This document shows, one piece after another, positions 9,751-20,039 of a stretch of DNA of 64,000 nucleotides. The first letter of the stretch is position 1. Each line of letters starts with the position of its first letter. The stretch is from Planctomycetota bacterium (GTDB taxonomy: Bacteria > Planctomycetota > UBA1135 > UBA2386): contig CANMWZ010000001.1 in assembly GCA_947501605.1 (NCBI GenBank), positions 288,001 through 352,000 on the forward strand, written 5' to 3'. The position numbers and the translations under genes are program-made. Under the pieces are notes generated by a model. The model saw only the letters and a list, made by a program, of their open reading frames with translations. It was not told the origin of the DNA and searched no databases.

Positions 9751-10371
9751 CTACCGCCCCGCCGGCGGTTCGGCATTCACCGACGACTGCATCGTCGTCT
9801 CGGTGCGCATGCGGCCCGACAGTTCGTCGACGACTTGCTGCACGGCTTGCGACAATGCTCGCACTGCACCTTCTGGCCCGGATTCGTGAATGGCGACCAC
9901 AGTGCGGAACTCGTCGGCGAAGACGAGGCCGGAACGGTTCTCGATCCAGAAGGAGAACGATGCACGCGCGCTGCGCGGCGAGGTCGCTGAAGCTCGCTGT
10001 TCGGAGAAATCGAGGATGCGCCCGTTCAGCGTGTAGTCCTCGCCACCGCCGTCGCCGGAGCTCTTGACCAACGCCCACAACCGCGTCCGCGAGAGTCCGA
10101 GGACGAACGCGTCGGTGACGAGCCGATCGAGCGGCGCCACCCAATGGTCGTAATCGCAGGTCTCGAGCTTCGACGGGCCGCTGGCCACTACTAGGCAATC
10201 GCCTGACAGCGAGTTGCCCAACTGCAGATCCCCGACGCGTAGGACGCCGCGCTGCGGCAGATCGCTCGCAGCTGTCGCCGGAAGATCGAGTCGCCAGAAC
10301 TGCTCGCGCGGCAACTCAACGCTGCCGCAGGCTGCAAGTGACCCAATGACCACGAACGGGGCATATCTCAT
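9751..10371 (-). CDS. PqiC-like ABC transport auxiliary lipoprotein
   Basis: Lipobox LAAC; YDHWVAPLD motif; last gene of the mla-type operon. Confidence 0.8.
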   Translation of the reverse strand: MRYAPFVVIGSLAACGSVELPREQFWRLDLPATAASDLPQRGVLRVGDLQLGNSLSGDCLVVASGPSKLETCDYDHWVAPLDRLVTDAFVLGLSRTRLWALVKSSGDGGGEDYTLNGRILDFSEQRASATSPRSARASFSFWIENRSGLVFADEFRTVVAIHESGPEGAVRALSQAVQQVVDELSGRMRTETTMQSSVNAEPPAGR

Positions 10372-11207
10372 CGCTCGCTCCCTGCCGGTGCGGCCGGCCT
10401 GTTGACTCCGAACAGCAGGCTGTCGGGCGCAAGCCGCAACTGCCGCATGAAACCACGCAACTCGTCGAGGGAGCCCCGTGCGTTGGCGATCGCCGACTGC
10501 AGTGGCGCGCGCACCGCCGCGATCATTGCCCGGCTCTCGCCGCCGACGGCCGTCACCTCAGTGCGGATCGCGAACGAGGTCGCCTCCAGTTCGGTCAGCA
10601 CCGCATCCGCGCGCGACATCAGCGACCGCCCCTGCTCGATAGCCGCCGGCAGGGCTGCCAACGTCGCATCGGTGCTCTTCAGGATCGCTGCGACATGGCC
10701 GCGGTTGTCCTCGTCGAGGAACGCGTTGCACTGGTTGAGCATCGAGTCGATGCGCTCGAGCACGCTGCCGATCTGCGGCACGAGCTCTGGCAAGGTCTTC
10801 GTCAACTGGTTGATCGGGTCGGTCTTGGTCTGGATGTACTCACCAGGCACCAAGGAACGACCCTCGCCCCAGCCCTCGAGCTCGACCGTCACCTGGCCGG
10901 TGACCAACAAGCGATCAAGACGCGCCAGGGTCACATCTTGGATGTCGGCGCGCCGTGGGTCGACAGTCACTTCGACCAGCGTCTTGCCGCCTTGGAAGCG
11001 GATGTCCTGCACCATGCCGATCGGCACGCCTTGGAAGTTGACCTTGCTGCCGATCACCATGCCCTTCACGTTCTCCTCGAACACTATGAAGTAGGAGACG
11101 CGAGCATTGCCGAGAGCGCCCTGCAGCACGAAGGCCAGCAGGCCGAAGAACGCAACCCCGGCGACGAGCGCCAGAAGGCCGAGACGAAAACGCCTGCCGC
11201 CGTGCAT
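10368..11207 (-). CDS. MlaD/MCE-domain substrate-binding protein
   Basis: N-terminal TM, VKGMVIGSKVNFQGVPIGMV MCE motif, helical C-terminus ending PDSLLFG. Confidence 0.9.
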   Translation of the reverse strand: MHGGRRFRLGLLALVAGVAFFGLLAFVLQGALGNARVSYFIVFEENVKGMVIGSKVNFQGVPIGMVQDIRFQGGKTLVEVTVDPRRADIQDVTLARLDRLLVTGQVTVELEGWGEGRSLVPGEYIQTKTDPINQLTKTLPELVPQIGSVLERIDSMLNQCNAFLDEDNRGHVAAILKSTDATLAALPAAIEQGRSLMSRADAVLTELEATSFAIRTEVTAVGGESRAMIAAVRAPLQSAIANARGSLDELRGFMRQLRLAPDSLLFGVNRPAAPAGSER

Positions 11208-11210
11208 CGG

Positions 11211-12074
11211 TCAGATCTCCATCAACGTTGCCACGTCCATACCACGACCCGACGCCTCGCTCATGCGACGCTCGATGAAGTCGCGGATGCGCGGATCGGG
11301 ACTGTTCCATACGTCGTCGCGCGGGCCGAGCGCCGCGACCTTGCCGTCCAGCAGTACGACGATGCGATCGGCGATCTCGTACGCCGACGGCAGGTCATGC
11401 GTCACCACGACCATGGTGATGCCGAACACCTTGTTGAGTTTGCAGATGAGGTTGTCGACCTCTGCGGCGGTGATCGGGTCGAGGCCCGCCGACGGCTCGT
11501 CGAAGAACACGATCTCCGGATCGAGAGCGATGGCGCGCGCGATCGCCGCCCGCTTCTTCATGCCGCCCGACAGCGAGCTGGGCAGCAGATGCGCTGCGTG
11601 CAACAGGCCGACCATCTCGAGCTTCATGCGCGCCGTCGCCTCGATGACACGCGCCGGCAAGTCGGTGTTCTCACGCAGCGGCAACATCACGTTTTCGATG
11701 ACCGTGAGACTGCCGAGCAGAGCCCCACCCTGGAACGACAGTCCCGTGCGGCGGCGCAGCGCCTGCAGTTGGTCTGGTGACGCTCGGTAGACATCCTGGC
11801 CGTCGATCGTCACCGCACCCAACGATGGTGCGAGCAGGCCGCACAGATGCCGCAGCAACGTAGTCTTGCCGCAGCCCGACGGCCCCATCACCACGAACAC
11901 TTCGCCGCGGCGGATCGCGAGGTCGATGCCCTGCAGCACCGTGCGCTCGCCGAAAATGCTGGTCAGCGCGACCGCGCGCATCAGATCGTCGGTCTGACGA
12001 CGCACAGGCAAGCCGAACGCCTTCGGTGCGGGCGGCTGCGGGAGGGTGAACGCGAACGGTTCCGCAGTGGTCAT
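11211..12074 (-). CDS. MlaF/Mkl-type ABC ATPase
   Basis: Walker A GPSGCGKT, LSGGMKKR, DEPSAGLDP and VTHD; ATGA overlap with the permease stop. Confidence 0.92.
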   Translation of the reverse strand: MTTAEPFAFTLPQPPAPKAFGLPVRRQTDDLMRAVALTSIFGERTVLQGIDLAIRRGEVFVVMGPSGCGKTTLLRHLCGLLAPSLGAVTIDGQDVYRASPDQLQALRRRTGLSFQGGALLGSLTVIENVMLPLRENTDLPARVIEATARMKLEMVGLLHAAHLLPSSLSGGMKKRAAIARAIALDPEIVFFDEPSAGLDPITAAEVDNLICKLNKVFGITMVVVTHDLPSAYEIADRIVVLLDGKVAALGPRDDVWNSPDPRIRDFIERRMSEASGRGMDVATLMEI

Positions 12075-13174
12075 GCGAGCACCAGCCTCTGCACGGTGAC
12101 GAACACCGCGTCGACAACGATGATCAGGAAAATGCCCACTACGACGGCGTTGGTCGTCGCACGGCCGACGCCTTCGCTCCCGCCTTGAACCCGGAGGCCG
12201 AGCGAACAGCCGACGACCCCGATGATGAAGCCAAAGCTCAGGCTCTTGAAGGTCGCGAACGCGAAGTCCGAGAGATGCAGCGCCTGCTTGAGCTGGGCGC
12301 TGAACGCGAGGAACTCGATGTCGGCGACGCCCCAAGCGAACAACGCGCCGCCACAGATGCCGACGACGTCGAAGATCACGGTCAGCATGATTGCCGACAC
12401 CGCGCAGGCGAGGACCTTGGGCACCACGAGGAAGCCAGTCGGCCGGATGCCCATCTGCTTCAGCGCGTCGATTTCCTCGCCCACGACCATGGAGCCGAGT
12501 TGCGCGGCGTTGCTGGAGCCTGAGCGCGCCGCCAGCGCGATCGCGGTCATCAGCGGACCGATCTCGGACATCACCGAGACGCCGACCATGTCGGCGACGT
12601 AGATCTCGCAGCCGAAGATGCGCAGCTGCACCCACGCTTGCATCGCGAGGATCAGCCCGAGCAAGAAGGCAATGAGCAGGATGATCGGCAGCGCTCCGCC
12701 GGCGCATTGATCAATCTCCATCGCAGTGCGATCGAGCCGCAGTCTCTGGCCGCGGAACGGCCCTACGGTCACAGCTTCGATCACTTCGCCCGCGGTACGC
12801 AGCACGCCGAGCAAGCCATCGATCTTGGGCTCGACCAGGGCGCCGAGACGCTCTACCGGGTTCGGCTTCTCCGCCGCAGGCGGTGGCTTGCCGGCCAACC
12901 GATCGATCGAGACCAGGGAGAAGAAGTCGAGCATCGGCTGGCTCAGCCCACGCAATCGCACTTCGACGCCGTGTTCGCGCGCCCGGCGCATGCCCTCGAC
13001 GACCGTCGACAGGCCCGCCGAGTCGAACGTTCCGACCTCCCCCAGGTCGAGCACCAGACGCGTCGGCTTGCTCCGGATCTCGCGATCGAGATCCGCCAGC
13101 AAAGCGGCCGCAGTAGTGCGATCCAGGCACTTGCCGAGGGCAATCGTCGCCGGCGAGGCGATCGTCGCGGTCAC
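12071..13174 (-). CDS. MlaE-type permease with fused N-terminal STAS (MlaB-like) domain
   Basis: LDLGEVGTFDSAGL STAS motif, EIGPLMTAI, EEIDAL and VGRATTNAVV; GTG start preceded by AGGA. Confidence 0.9.
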   Translation of the reverse strand: MTATIASPATIALGKCLDRTTAAALLADLDREIRSKPTRLVLDLGEVGTFDSAGLSTVVEGMRRAREHGVEVRLRGLSQPMLDFFSLVSIDRLAGKPPPAAEKPNPVERLGALVEPKIDGLLGVLRTAGEVIEAVTVGPFRGQRLRLDRTAMEIDQCAGGALPIILLIAFLLGLILAMQAWVQLRIFGCEIYVADMVGVSVMSEIGPLMTAIALAARSGSSNAAQLGSMVVGEEIDALKQMGIRPTGFLVVPKVLACAVSAIMLTVIFDVVGICGGALFAWGVADIEFLAFSAQLKQALHLSDFAFATFKSLSFGFIIGVVGCSLGLRVQGGSEGVGRATTNAVVVGIFLIIVVDAVFVTVQRLVLA

Positions 13175-13389
13175 AGCGCAGGTCCTTTGGGAGGGAGGTT
13201 CACGGCGGTCGGTGTCGCTGTATCGGACACCAGAGCGCGCGACTTGACCCTTGCCATGGGCGTTCTGGAGGCCCCCTGCCCTTGCTCGTCGCACCGTTCG
13301 CGGCTGGAATGACGAGGTGCTGCCCTTCAAGGCGCACAGACCCCTGTTGTCTCGGCTCCGGTCCACCGGCCAAGGCTCCTTCTGCCAAC

Positions 13390-16300
13390 ATGAAAGCCAC
13401 CTTCTTCCTGGGCTTGCTCCAGCTGTTGTTCGCGACCTGCGCCGGAGCTCCGTCGCTGACCCCCGAGGCCTCGACCCAACTGGCGGTCGCCCGCCGCCAC
13501 CTTGCGGAGAAGGACCCGGATTCGGCACTCGCCATCACCGACAAGCTGCGCAAAGACTGGCCGCAGTGGGCCGAAATGTGGCTGGTTGCTGGCGACGGCA
13601 ATCTGCAACTCGTCGGCCTCGATCGTCGCGGCCTGAACGCGCAAGCAGTTCTCGGCGATGCCGAGACCAGCTATCTGCGCGCCACTGAACTCGAGCCGCT
13701 GAGTGCAGCAGCGTGGCACGGCCTCGCCCAGACTCGCTACCAACTCGGCGACTTTGAGAATGCGCGCCTCGCCGCAGCCGCAGCGATCGATCGCTTCGAT
13801 CGCCCGAAGTCCGCGCCGGGTGCAGCGGCCCCCAGCGCTCTCATTGCGGCGCGCTGCTGCCAGCAGCAACTCGTGGCGCTGCGGCAGGAGGAACTGAACT
13901 CCGGCAAGCCAGACGACCGCGGCGAGATCCCGGTTGAGCAGGAGACCTACCAAAAGGCACAGCAGGCTCTCGCCTACTTCACGCTGTGCCAGCAGGCGCT
14001 GCCTGGAGATGCCTACCGTGGTGCGGCGACGGTCTACCAGTGGATCGACCAGAAGGACGAGGCCATGCGTGAGCTGGAGCGCGGCATCGCAGCGGCTCCC
14101 GAAGTTGCCGATGTGCACATCGCCTACCAAGACCTGCACATGCAGATGGGCCAGCAGCGCGCACTGGCAGGCGCCTACGCGCGGCTGGTTCGCGAACAGC
14201 AGGGGCAGGCGATCCTGTTGTGGTTCAAGGGCCGCGCCGAAGTGATCGTCGCCGACGATCTGCGCACGCGACAGAACTTCCAGGCTGCCATCGAGGCCTA
14301 CCGCAAGGCTGCCTCCAGCTACCGGGACTACGCGCAAAAGGTGCCAGGTCACCGCGACGCTGCGAACCAGTGGATCGCCATCTGCGAGCTATCGATCGCG
14401 CGATCGGCCACCGAGATGGGCGATGTCGCTTCCGCCCGCGAACACCTGTTCCAAAGCGCTGAGGCCTCACCGTTGGCGGTCGACTACGACGGCATGGAAC
14501 CAAAGCTGCGCGACAGCTTCGGCAGTCACTTCGCGGGCGTGGTCTTTGCCATCGGCCGCGTGCTCAGCGCCAATGTCGACCAGCAGGCGTTGGAGCAGAC
14601 GGTTGCGTTCTATGACGAGGTCATCGAGAAGTACCCCGGCCGCTGGGGCTTCGTCTACAACAACGCGGCGCTGCCGTGTCGCGACCTCGGCGTCTTGCTC
14701 GTGCGCGATGTCGAGAAGCTCGCGACTGAGCAGCGCGAAGTGGCGATGACCAAGGCCATGCAGCTGTGGGAGAAGAGCTATCGCTACTACGAAGACGCCG
14801 TGAAGCTCTCGCCCGAGGACGCGCGCATCGTCAATGACTGCGGGCTGATGCTCATCTACCATCTCAACCGCGACTTCGACCGCGCTCGCGAGCTGTTTGA
14901 TCGCGCAATCACCGTGGGCCAACCGCAACTGGACGCGCTGCCGCAGGAAACGCCGCAGGAGGACCGCAGGCTGCTCGAAGAAGCGATCGGCGATGCGTGG
15001 CAGAACATCGGCGTTCTCATGACTGGTCACTTGCAGCGTCCCTTCGCGGAAGCAAAGCCGTTCCTCGAACAGGCCGTGAAGTTCTACCCCTACCAACAAC
15101 GCGAGGCCGCGCACATGCTGCAGAACGGCGGCAAGACCTCGAACGCCGCGCGCCTCAACCCACGTAGCCTGCAAGGCTCCAGCGGCACCAACGCTGTCGT
15201 GGCATCGCTCAGCCAAGGCAATGAAGCCGAAGTGCTCGCGAAGGCCAAGGCCAAGGCAGACGAAGCCGCCAAGGACAGCGATCTCGACACCGCTCTGGCC
15301 GAGCTCGACAAGGTGAAGAAGGAGCTGAAGGAATACGCCCCGTACCAAGCGCTACGCGGCGACTTCTCATTGCGTTACGCCCGGCAAGCACTCGCTGAGA
15401 ACCGCAAGGGCGCGGATCTGCTCTTTGCCGACGCGGTGACGGTGCTGCAGCGCGCCGTGCAACTCGACAGCGAGCCGATTGCGCCTCGCCAGATGCTGGC
15501 CGAGGCGCAGTACGAGGCCGGGCAGCTGCCCGAAGCCGTCGCGACCATTTCGGCGATGTTGCTGCACATGCAATCCCAGGGTAGCGGTGAGGAAGCCGCC
15601 GTGATCGCCGCTCACCGTGTGCGCAGCAATGCAGCTTCCCGCGTCTACATGGGCGCGAAGGCTGCTGCGAACGCCAAGGCCGTACTGGACGAAGCGCGCA
15701 TCTCCTTTCGCTATCTCGAGCAGAAGCAGGCCGTCGATGCCGAGACCCGCCGCACGTGGGCAACGATGGAGACCTGGGCCGAGGCAGCTCCCGAGGCCGT
15801 CGGAGTCTACGTCCGAGCACTCGCGCAGACGCCCCTGGACCAGACGCTACTGACCGCGGTTGTGGACACCGCCCAGTCGGTCGGCGAACCGGCACTCGCG
15901 GTCGATGCACTCAAGGCGCGCACCGACGCCTCGGGTCTCTGGTACCTGGGCCGCGCACGGTTTCTCGCTGGTTCGATGCTGCGCACAACCGGCAAGTTCG
16001 ACGAAGCGATGGCCGAACTCGATCTGGCCAAGACCGCATTCGAACAGTCCATGAAGGCGAACCCGAGCTTTGCCGACAGTTGCCAACAGTGGATCGCGAT
16101 CTGTACTGGCAAGCAGGGCAACGCCGCGCTCGCCAAGAAGGACTGGGCGACAGCCGAGAAACTGCTGCTCGAGGCCGTACGCCAGCGCCCCGACCGCATC
16201 AACGACGACCTCGGGCTGCAAGAGACCACGAAGATCGGAGTGATGACGCTCGCCGATCACTACGCGCGCGCGGGCGACCTCGGCAAGACCGAGGCGATCT

Positions 16301-16809
16301 ATCGCGCCGCCGTTTCTCTGGCCGACAGCGATCTCGACCTACTCAACAACGAGGGCCTGTTTGCCCGCGATCATGGCAACGCGCTGGCGCGCGATGGCAA
16401 GCAGAAGAAGGCGATGGAGCTCTACGAGCAGAGCTACAAGGCCTACACCCGCGCCGCCGAACTCGATGCCCAGAACGTGCGCCTGCAGAACGACCGCGCC
16501 CTCATCGCGATCCACTACCTGGAGCGCGACTGGGACGAGAACAAGGTCATCCTCGACCGCGCGATCGCGGCTGGCGAGCAGCAACTGACGGCCTTCCCTA
16601 CGGACAATCCGCAGGGGCGTCAAACGCTCGACGAGGCCCTCGGCGACTGCTACGAGAACCTCGCTCTGTGGCACCTCAAGCACAGCGGTGACGCAGCTGC
16701 GGCGAAGCATGCGGCGGAGAACAGCCTGCTGCACCATCCAGGCAAAAGCCGCCCCGGCGCCAAGCGACATCTGCTCGAAGCCGAGAAGACGCTCAAGGAG
16801 TCAAAGTGA
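13390..16809 (+). CDS. Large secreted TPR protein with an internal two-fold duplication
   Basis: Signal-like MKATFFLGLLQLL; the module NN..xxRD.G...ND..L...hL.RD...DRAI..G..QL occurs twice. Confidence 0.85.
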   Translation: MKATFFLGLLQLLFATCAGAPSLTPEASTQLAVARRHLAEKDPDSALAITDKLRKDWPQWAEMWLVAGDGNLQLVGLDRRGLNAQAVLGDAETSYLRATELEPLSAAAWHGLAQTRYQLGDFENARLAAAAAIDRFDRPKSAPGAAAPSALIAARCCQQQLVALRQEELNSGKPDDRGEIPVEQETYQKAQQALAYFTLCQQALPGDAYRGAATVYQWIDQKDEAMRELERGIAAAPEVADVHIAYQDLHMQMGQQRALAGAYARLVREQQGQAILLWFKGRAEVIVADDLRTRQNFQAAIEAYRKAASSYRDYAQKVPGHRDAANQWIAICELSIARSATEMGDVASAREHLFQSAEASPLAVDYDGMEPKLRDSFGSHFAGVVFAIGRVLSANVDQQALEQTVAFYDEVIEKYPGRWGFVYNNAALPCRDLGVLLVRDVEKLATEQREVAMTKAMQLWEKSYRYYEDAVKLSPEDARIVNDCGLMLIYHLNRDFDRARELFDRAITVGQPQLDALPQETPQEDRRLLEEAIGDAWQNIGVLMTGHLQRPFAEAKPFLEQAVKFYPYQQREAAHMLQNGGKTSNAARLNPRSLQGSSGTNAVVASLSQGNEAEVLAKAKAKADEAAKDSDLDTALAELDKVKKELKEYAPYQALRGDFSLRYARQALAENRKGADLLFADAVTVLQRAVQLDSEPIAPRQMLAEAQYEAGQLPEAVATISAMLLHMQSQGSGEEAAVIAAHRVRSNAASRVYMGAKAAANAKAVLDEARISFRYLEQKQAVDAETRRTWATMETWAEAAPEAVGVYVRALAQTPLDQTLLTAVVDTAQSVGEPALAVDALKARTDASGLWYLGRARFLAGSMLRTTGKFDEAMAELDLAKTAFEQSMKANPSFADSCQQWIAICTGKQGNAALAKKDWATAEKLLLEAVRQRPDRINDDLGLQETTKIGVMTLADHYARAGDLGKTEAIYRAAVSLADSDLDLLNNEGLFARDHGNALARDGKQKKAMELYEQSYKAYTRAAELDAQNVRLQNDRALIAIHYLERDWDENKVILDRAIAAGEQQLTAFPTDNPQGRQTLDEALGDCYENLALWHLKHSGDAAAAKHAAENSLLHHPGKSRPGAKRHLLEAEKTLKESK

Positions 16810-18446
16810 ACGCTCCCTTCGCGCGGGCGCGCAGCACCGCCGCTTGGTTCGCAGCGATCACGCTGGCCTTGGCGCTGCCAGCCCAAGATGCCGTCAAGGA
16901 CGCCCCGCAGAATCCGCCAGGCAAGCTCGATGTCACGACCCTGCGCGAGCAGGCGGCCGGAGCCGAAAACCGCGGCGAGTTCGCTCAGGCGGCCGACCTG
17001 TGGCTGCAACTCGTCGCCGCCGACCCTTCGCGCGCCGACTTTGTTCTCGCCGCGGGGCGCTGCCTTGGCAGCAGCGGTCGCTTTCGCGATGCCATCGATC
17101 TGCTGGAGAAGAAACGCGCCGCGTTTGTTCCGTTGACAGACCTGCCCGCGCTCCTCGCCCGCACGTATCTGTTGCGCGTCGAGCGCGATCGAAACACGTT
17201 GCAGCCAGAACTCGACTTCCAAGAGGCTGCGCGACTCGCCGAGGAAGTGTTGGTGGCCAACCCCGACCACCTCGACGCACGAATGATCCTGGCACAGGCC
17301 CGCTACTCGTTGTTTGACGCCAAGGGCGCATTGGCCGCCGCCGAGGAAGCGATTCGCCGCCACCCGCAGCATCCAGGTGGTCACGTGCTCGTCGGCCGCA
17401 TCGCCTTCGACGACTACCGCCTGTTGAAGGATCAGTTCGACGCCGAAAAGCCGGTGGAGCCCCGCCACGGCGAGCTGGTCACCGCCATCGACGCGGCGCG
17501 CAAGCGGGCGCAGACAGCCTTCACTCGCGCGGCAGAGATCGACTCCGTCCGCACCTACCCTCTGGTCATGCTGGGCGACATCGCCGCCCGCGATCGCGAC
17601 GTGGCGAGCGCGCTGAAGCACTGGAATGCGGCGCTCGGCATCGACCCGACTGCGCGCGTCGACCACGGCTGGATTCAAGAGCACACCACGCCAGCGCAAC
17701 GGCGCGAGTTCTACCACAGCGCGCTCGCGCACTACGAGGCCGTGGCGAACGCTGCGCCCGCGCGCGCCGCCGCGCTGCGGTTCTACTCAGGACTCGCGCT
17801 CTACGCCGCGCAGCAGTGGCTGGAGGCGAAGACTGAGTTCGCCGCAACGCGAACAGACAACGCCAGCTTCATCAACGCCGACTACTACGGTGCGATGTGC
17901 GCGTGGCGACTCGGCGACGAGGACGGGGCCGAGACGCTCGCCGCCGCATTCGCCGCCGCCTCGGCGCCCGGCTTCGCCGACGTGTTGCGCGCTCTCGAGC
18001 CCGAGCCGCGCGCCGAGGTCGCAGGCATCGTGCGCCACCTCGGCGATCGCGCATGGGACCAGGGGCGACGCGACCAGAGCCGAGACCTGAACCACGTAAT
18101 CGCCTGCTTGCAGGACTCGGCCGACGCCTGGAACAACTACGCGTTCCTCTGCCGCGAAACCAAACGGTTCGATGCCGCGTTCGTCGGCTACCAACACGCC
18201 ATCGAACGCGAGCCGGATTCGCCGCAACTGTGGAACGACGCCGCCGTCGTCCTGCATTACCACCTCGCCAGCGAAGCCAACCGAACGCGCGCGCGGCAGA
18301 TGTACGGCAGAGCCATCGAACTCGCTGACCAGCAACTGGCTGACGCCACGACGAGCGCAATCCTGCGGCAGCGGGCCGAGCGCGCGAAGGCCGATGCCTT
18401 GGCAAACCTGAAAGATCTGGAGAGCCTCGACAAGCCCAACAAGTAA
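16806..18446 (+). CDS. Secreted TPR protein, paralog of each half of the upstream gene
   Basis: GTGA overlap with the upstream stop; signal peptide (LPA/QD); WNNYAFLCRE...WNDAAVVLHYHL module. Confidence 0.85.
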   Translation: MNAPFARARSTAAWFAAITLALALPAQDAVKDAPQNPPGKLDVTTLREQAAGAENRGEFAQAADLWLQLVAADPSRADFVLAAGRCLGSSGRFRDAIDLLEKKRAAFVPLTDLPALLARTYLLRVERDRNTLQPELDFQEAARLAEEVLVANPDHLDARMILAQARYSLFDAKGALAAAEEAIRRHPQHPGGHVLVGRIAFDDYRLLKDQFDAEKPVEPRHGELVTAIDAARKRAQTAFTRAAEIDSVRTYPLVMLGDIAARDRDVASALKHWNAALGIDPTARVDHGWIQEHTTPAQRREFYHSALAHYEAVANAAPARAAALRFYSGLALYAAQQWLEAKTEFAATRTDNASFINADYYGAMCAWRLGDEDGAETLAAAFAAASAPGFADVLRALEPEPRAEVAGIVRHLGDRAWDQGRRDQSRDLNHVIACLQDSADAWNNYAFLCRETKRFDAAFVGYQHAIEREPDSPQLWNDAAVVLHYHLASEANRTRARQMYGRAIELADQQLADATTSAILRQRAERAKADALANLKDLESLDKPNK

Positions 18447-18488
18447 CGCGCACGGCCGTCGCCTAGCGGCCCGGGCGACATCCGCAGA

Positions 18489-19124
18489 TCACGGCCAGAG
18501 CACGACGGACTGCGCGTTGAGGAACAGCACCGGATTGTCGACCGTGTGCACGGCCGCCTGCAGATGCAGTTCGAGACCTGCGAACACCGGGTCCATCGGA
18601 ACCTCGAGCGCAACTCCCCAGGCGTCGACCATTGCGCCACCGTCCAAAGTAAGGATGTAGCTCGGGTCGAGCCAGAAGGTCCCCTCGACGTCCGGAGCGT
18701 AGGCAAGGAGCGGCACCACGCCGCGGTCGAACGACGCGAAGACGAAGAAGTTGGCCTCGCCAAGCACCTCGACCCCCAGCTCCAGGATGCCGACTGGCGG
18801 CACACCCAGTTCATCATCGACCTCGACGGCGAACTCAGCTTCGAACAGCGCCTGGGCCTCTGCTGCCGATGCGACCTCGAATCGCAGCGAACCATCGATC
18901 GGGCTGGTGTAGAACGACCCCGTCAGATCGGCGGGCTCGAGGATGAGGTCGGTCAAGTCCAGCAGAGAGTCCGTAGCAATGCCGCGATCTTCGAGTTCGC
19001 GCAAGACGAAGCCGCTGGGGAGAAGCTCGACAGTGCCGAGCACGCGCGCTGGGCCCTGGGCCGCAGCACCAGCACCGAGCAGGAAGGCCGCAGTGGCGGC
19101 AAGGAACAACTTGGAGGTCTTCAT
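18489..19124 (-). CDS. Secreted protein, paralog 1 of a tandem triplet
   Basis: Signal peptide; FFVFASFD...YAPDVEGTFWLDP...LQAA. Confidence 0.8.
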   Translation of the reverse strand: MKTSKLFLAATAAFLLGAGAAAQGPARVLGTVELLPSGFVLRELEDRGIATDSLLDLTDLILEPADLTGSFYTSPIDGSLRFEVASAAEAQALFEAEFAVEVDDELGVPPVGILELGVEVLGEANFFVFASFDRGVVPLLAYAPDVEGTFWLDPSYILTLDGGAMVDAWGVALEVPMDPVFAGLELHLQAAVHTVDNPVLFLNAQSVVLWP

Positions 19125-19269
19125 AGGTGAGGGTTTTGAGTGTCTGGTCGAGACTACCCCACGACGAAGAGCTTGGCGCCGCGCATGGCCATGGCACCCA
19201 AGCCAGCGCGGCAATCAGACGTTCCGCGGCGCGCAGCTGCATGGTTGCCGCGCGCGCTCGAAGCTGCGC

Positions 19270-19866
19270 TCAGTTCGTGATGCGCGTGACTTCGCGGTTC
19301 AGGAAGACCAGCGGCCCGCCCGTCGGCTGGATCGCAGCCTGGAAGAAGATGTCGACACCGACGAACTTGCAGGCAGCCGGCATCCGCAGGCAAGTGCTCC
19401 ACAGGCAGTTGATGTTGCCACCAGTCACCGTTACCAGATTCGTCGGATCGACCCACAGGTAACCCGCGACATCCGGAGCGTACGGCGACAGCGACATGAC
19501 ACCGGCGTCGAAGCCGGCGAAGACCAGGAAGAACCCTGGGGTGTCAGTTCGCAGTGACATCGACATCGAGCGACCGCGACGCACCCAGTCCGAGGTGCTG
19601 AAACGAGCGAACGACCGGCCGATCGTGCTGGCCACGAACGAGGTGGCGCTGGCGATGCCACCAGTGACATCGACAATCCGTCCGACCAGGCCTTCCAAGG
19701 ATGAAGTGCTGCTGACGAGCAGGGTCGGATTGTCGAACTCGCGAAGAGTGTAGTTCGAGCCCGAGCGCACCAGGGTGCCGATCATGCGGTCCGACTGCGC
19801 AGAGGCGTCCGAGGTCGAGAAGAAGAAGGCGGTGGTGGCGAGGATGCTGCTGAGGATCTTGTTCAT
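19270..19866 (-). CDS. Secreted protein, paralog 2 of a tandem triplet
   Basis: Signal peptide (ASA/Q); FLVFAGFD...YAPDVAGYLWVDP...FQAA. Confidence 0.8.
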   Translation of the reverse strand: MNKILSSILATTAFFFSTSDASAQSDRMIGTLVRSGSNYTLREFDNPTLLVSSTSSLEGLVGRIVDVTGGIASATSFVASTIGRSFARFSTSDWVRRGRSMSMSLRTDTPGFFLVFAGFDAGVMSLSPYAPDVAGYLWVDPTNLVTVTGGNINCLWSTCLRMPAACKFVGVDIFFQAAIQPTGGPLVFLNREVTRITN

Positions 19867-19986
19867 AGTGTTCGTGAGGTTGGTTCCCGTGCAGAACGGC
19901 AGCCCCACATTCCCTCGCGTGCGGCGCAGCGCATTCGAACGGCCGACGGCATGGCCGATTAAATCCGCTCAACCGTTTTGCCTGAC

Positions 19987-20039
19987 CAGATGTGGTCTCC
20001 CCATTGGCCTGCGCACGAGGCCGAGCATCGCAGGTCGAG
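19987..20039 (+). repeat. Truncated, diverged left arm of the 21706-21868 element
   Basis: 41/53 ungapped identity (hand count) to 21706-21758, including TGGCCTGCGnnCGAGGCCGAGCA. Confidence 0.75.
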
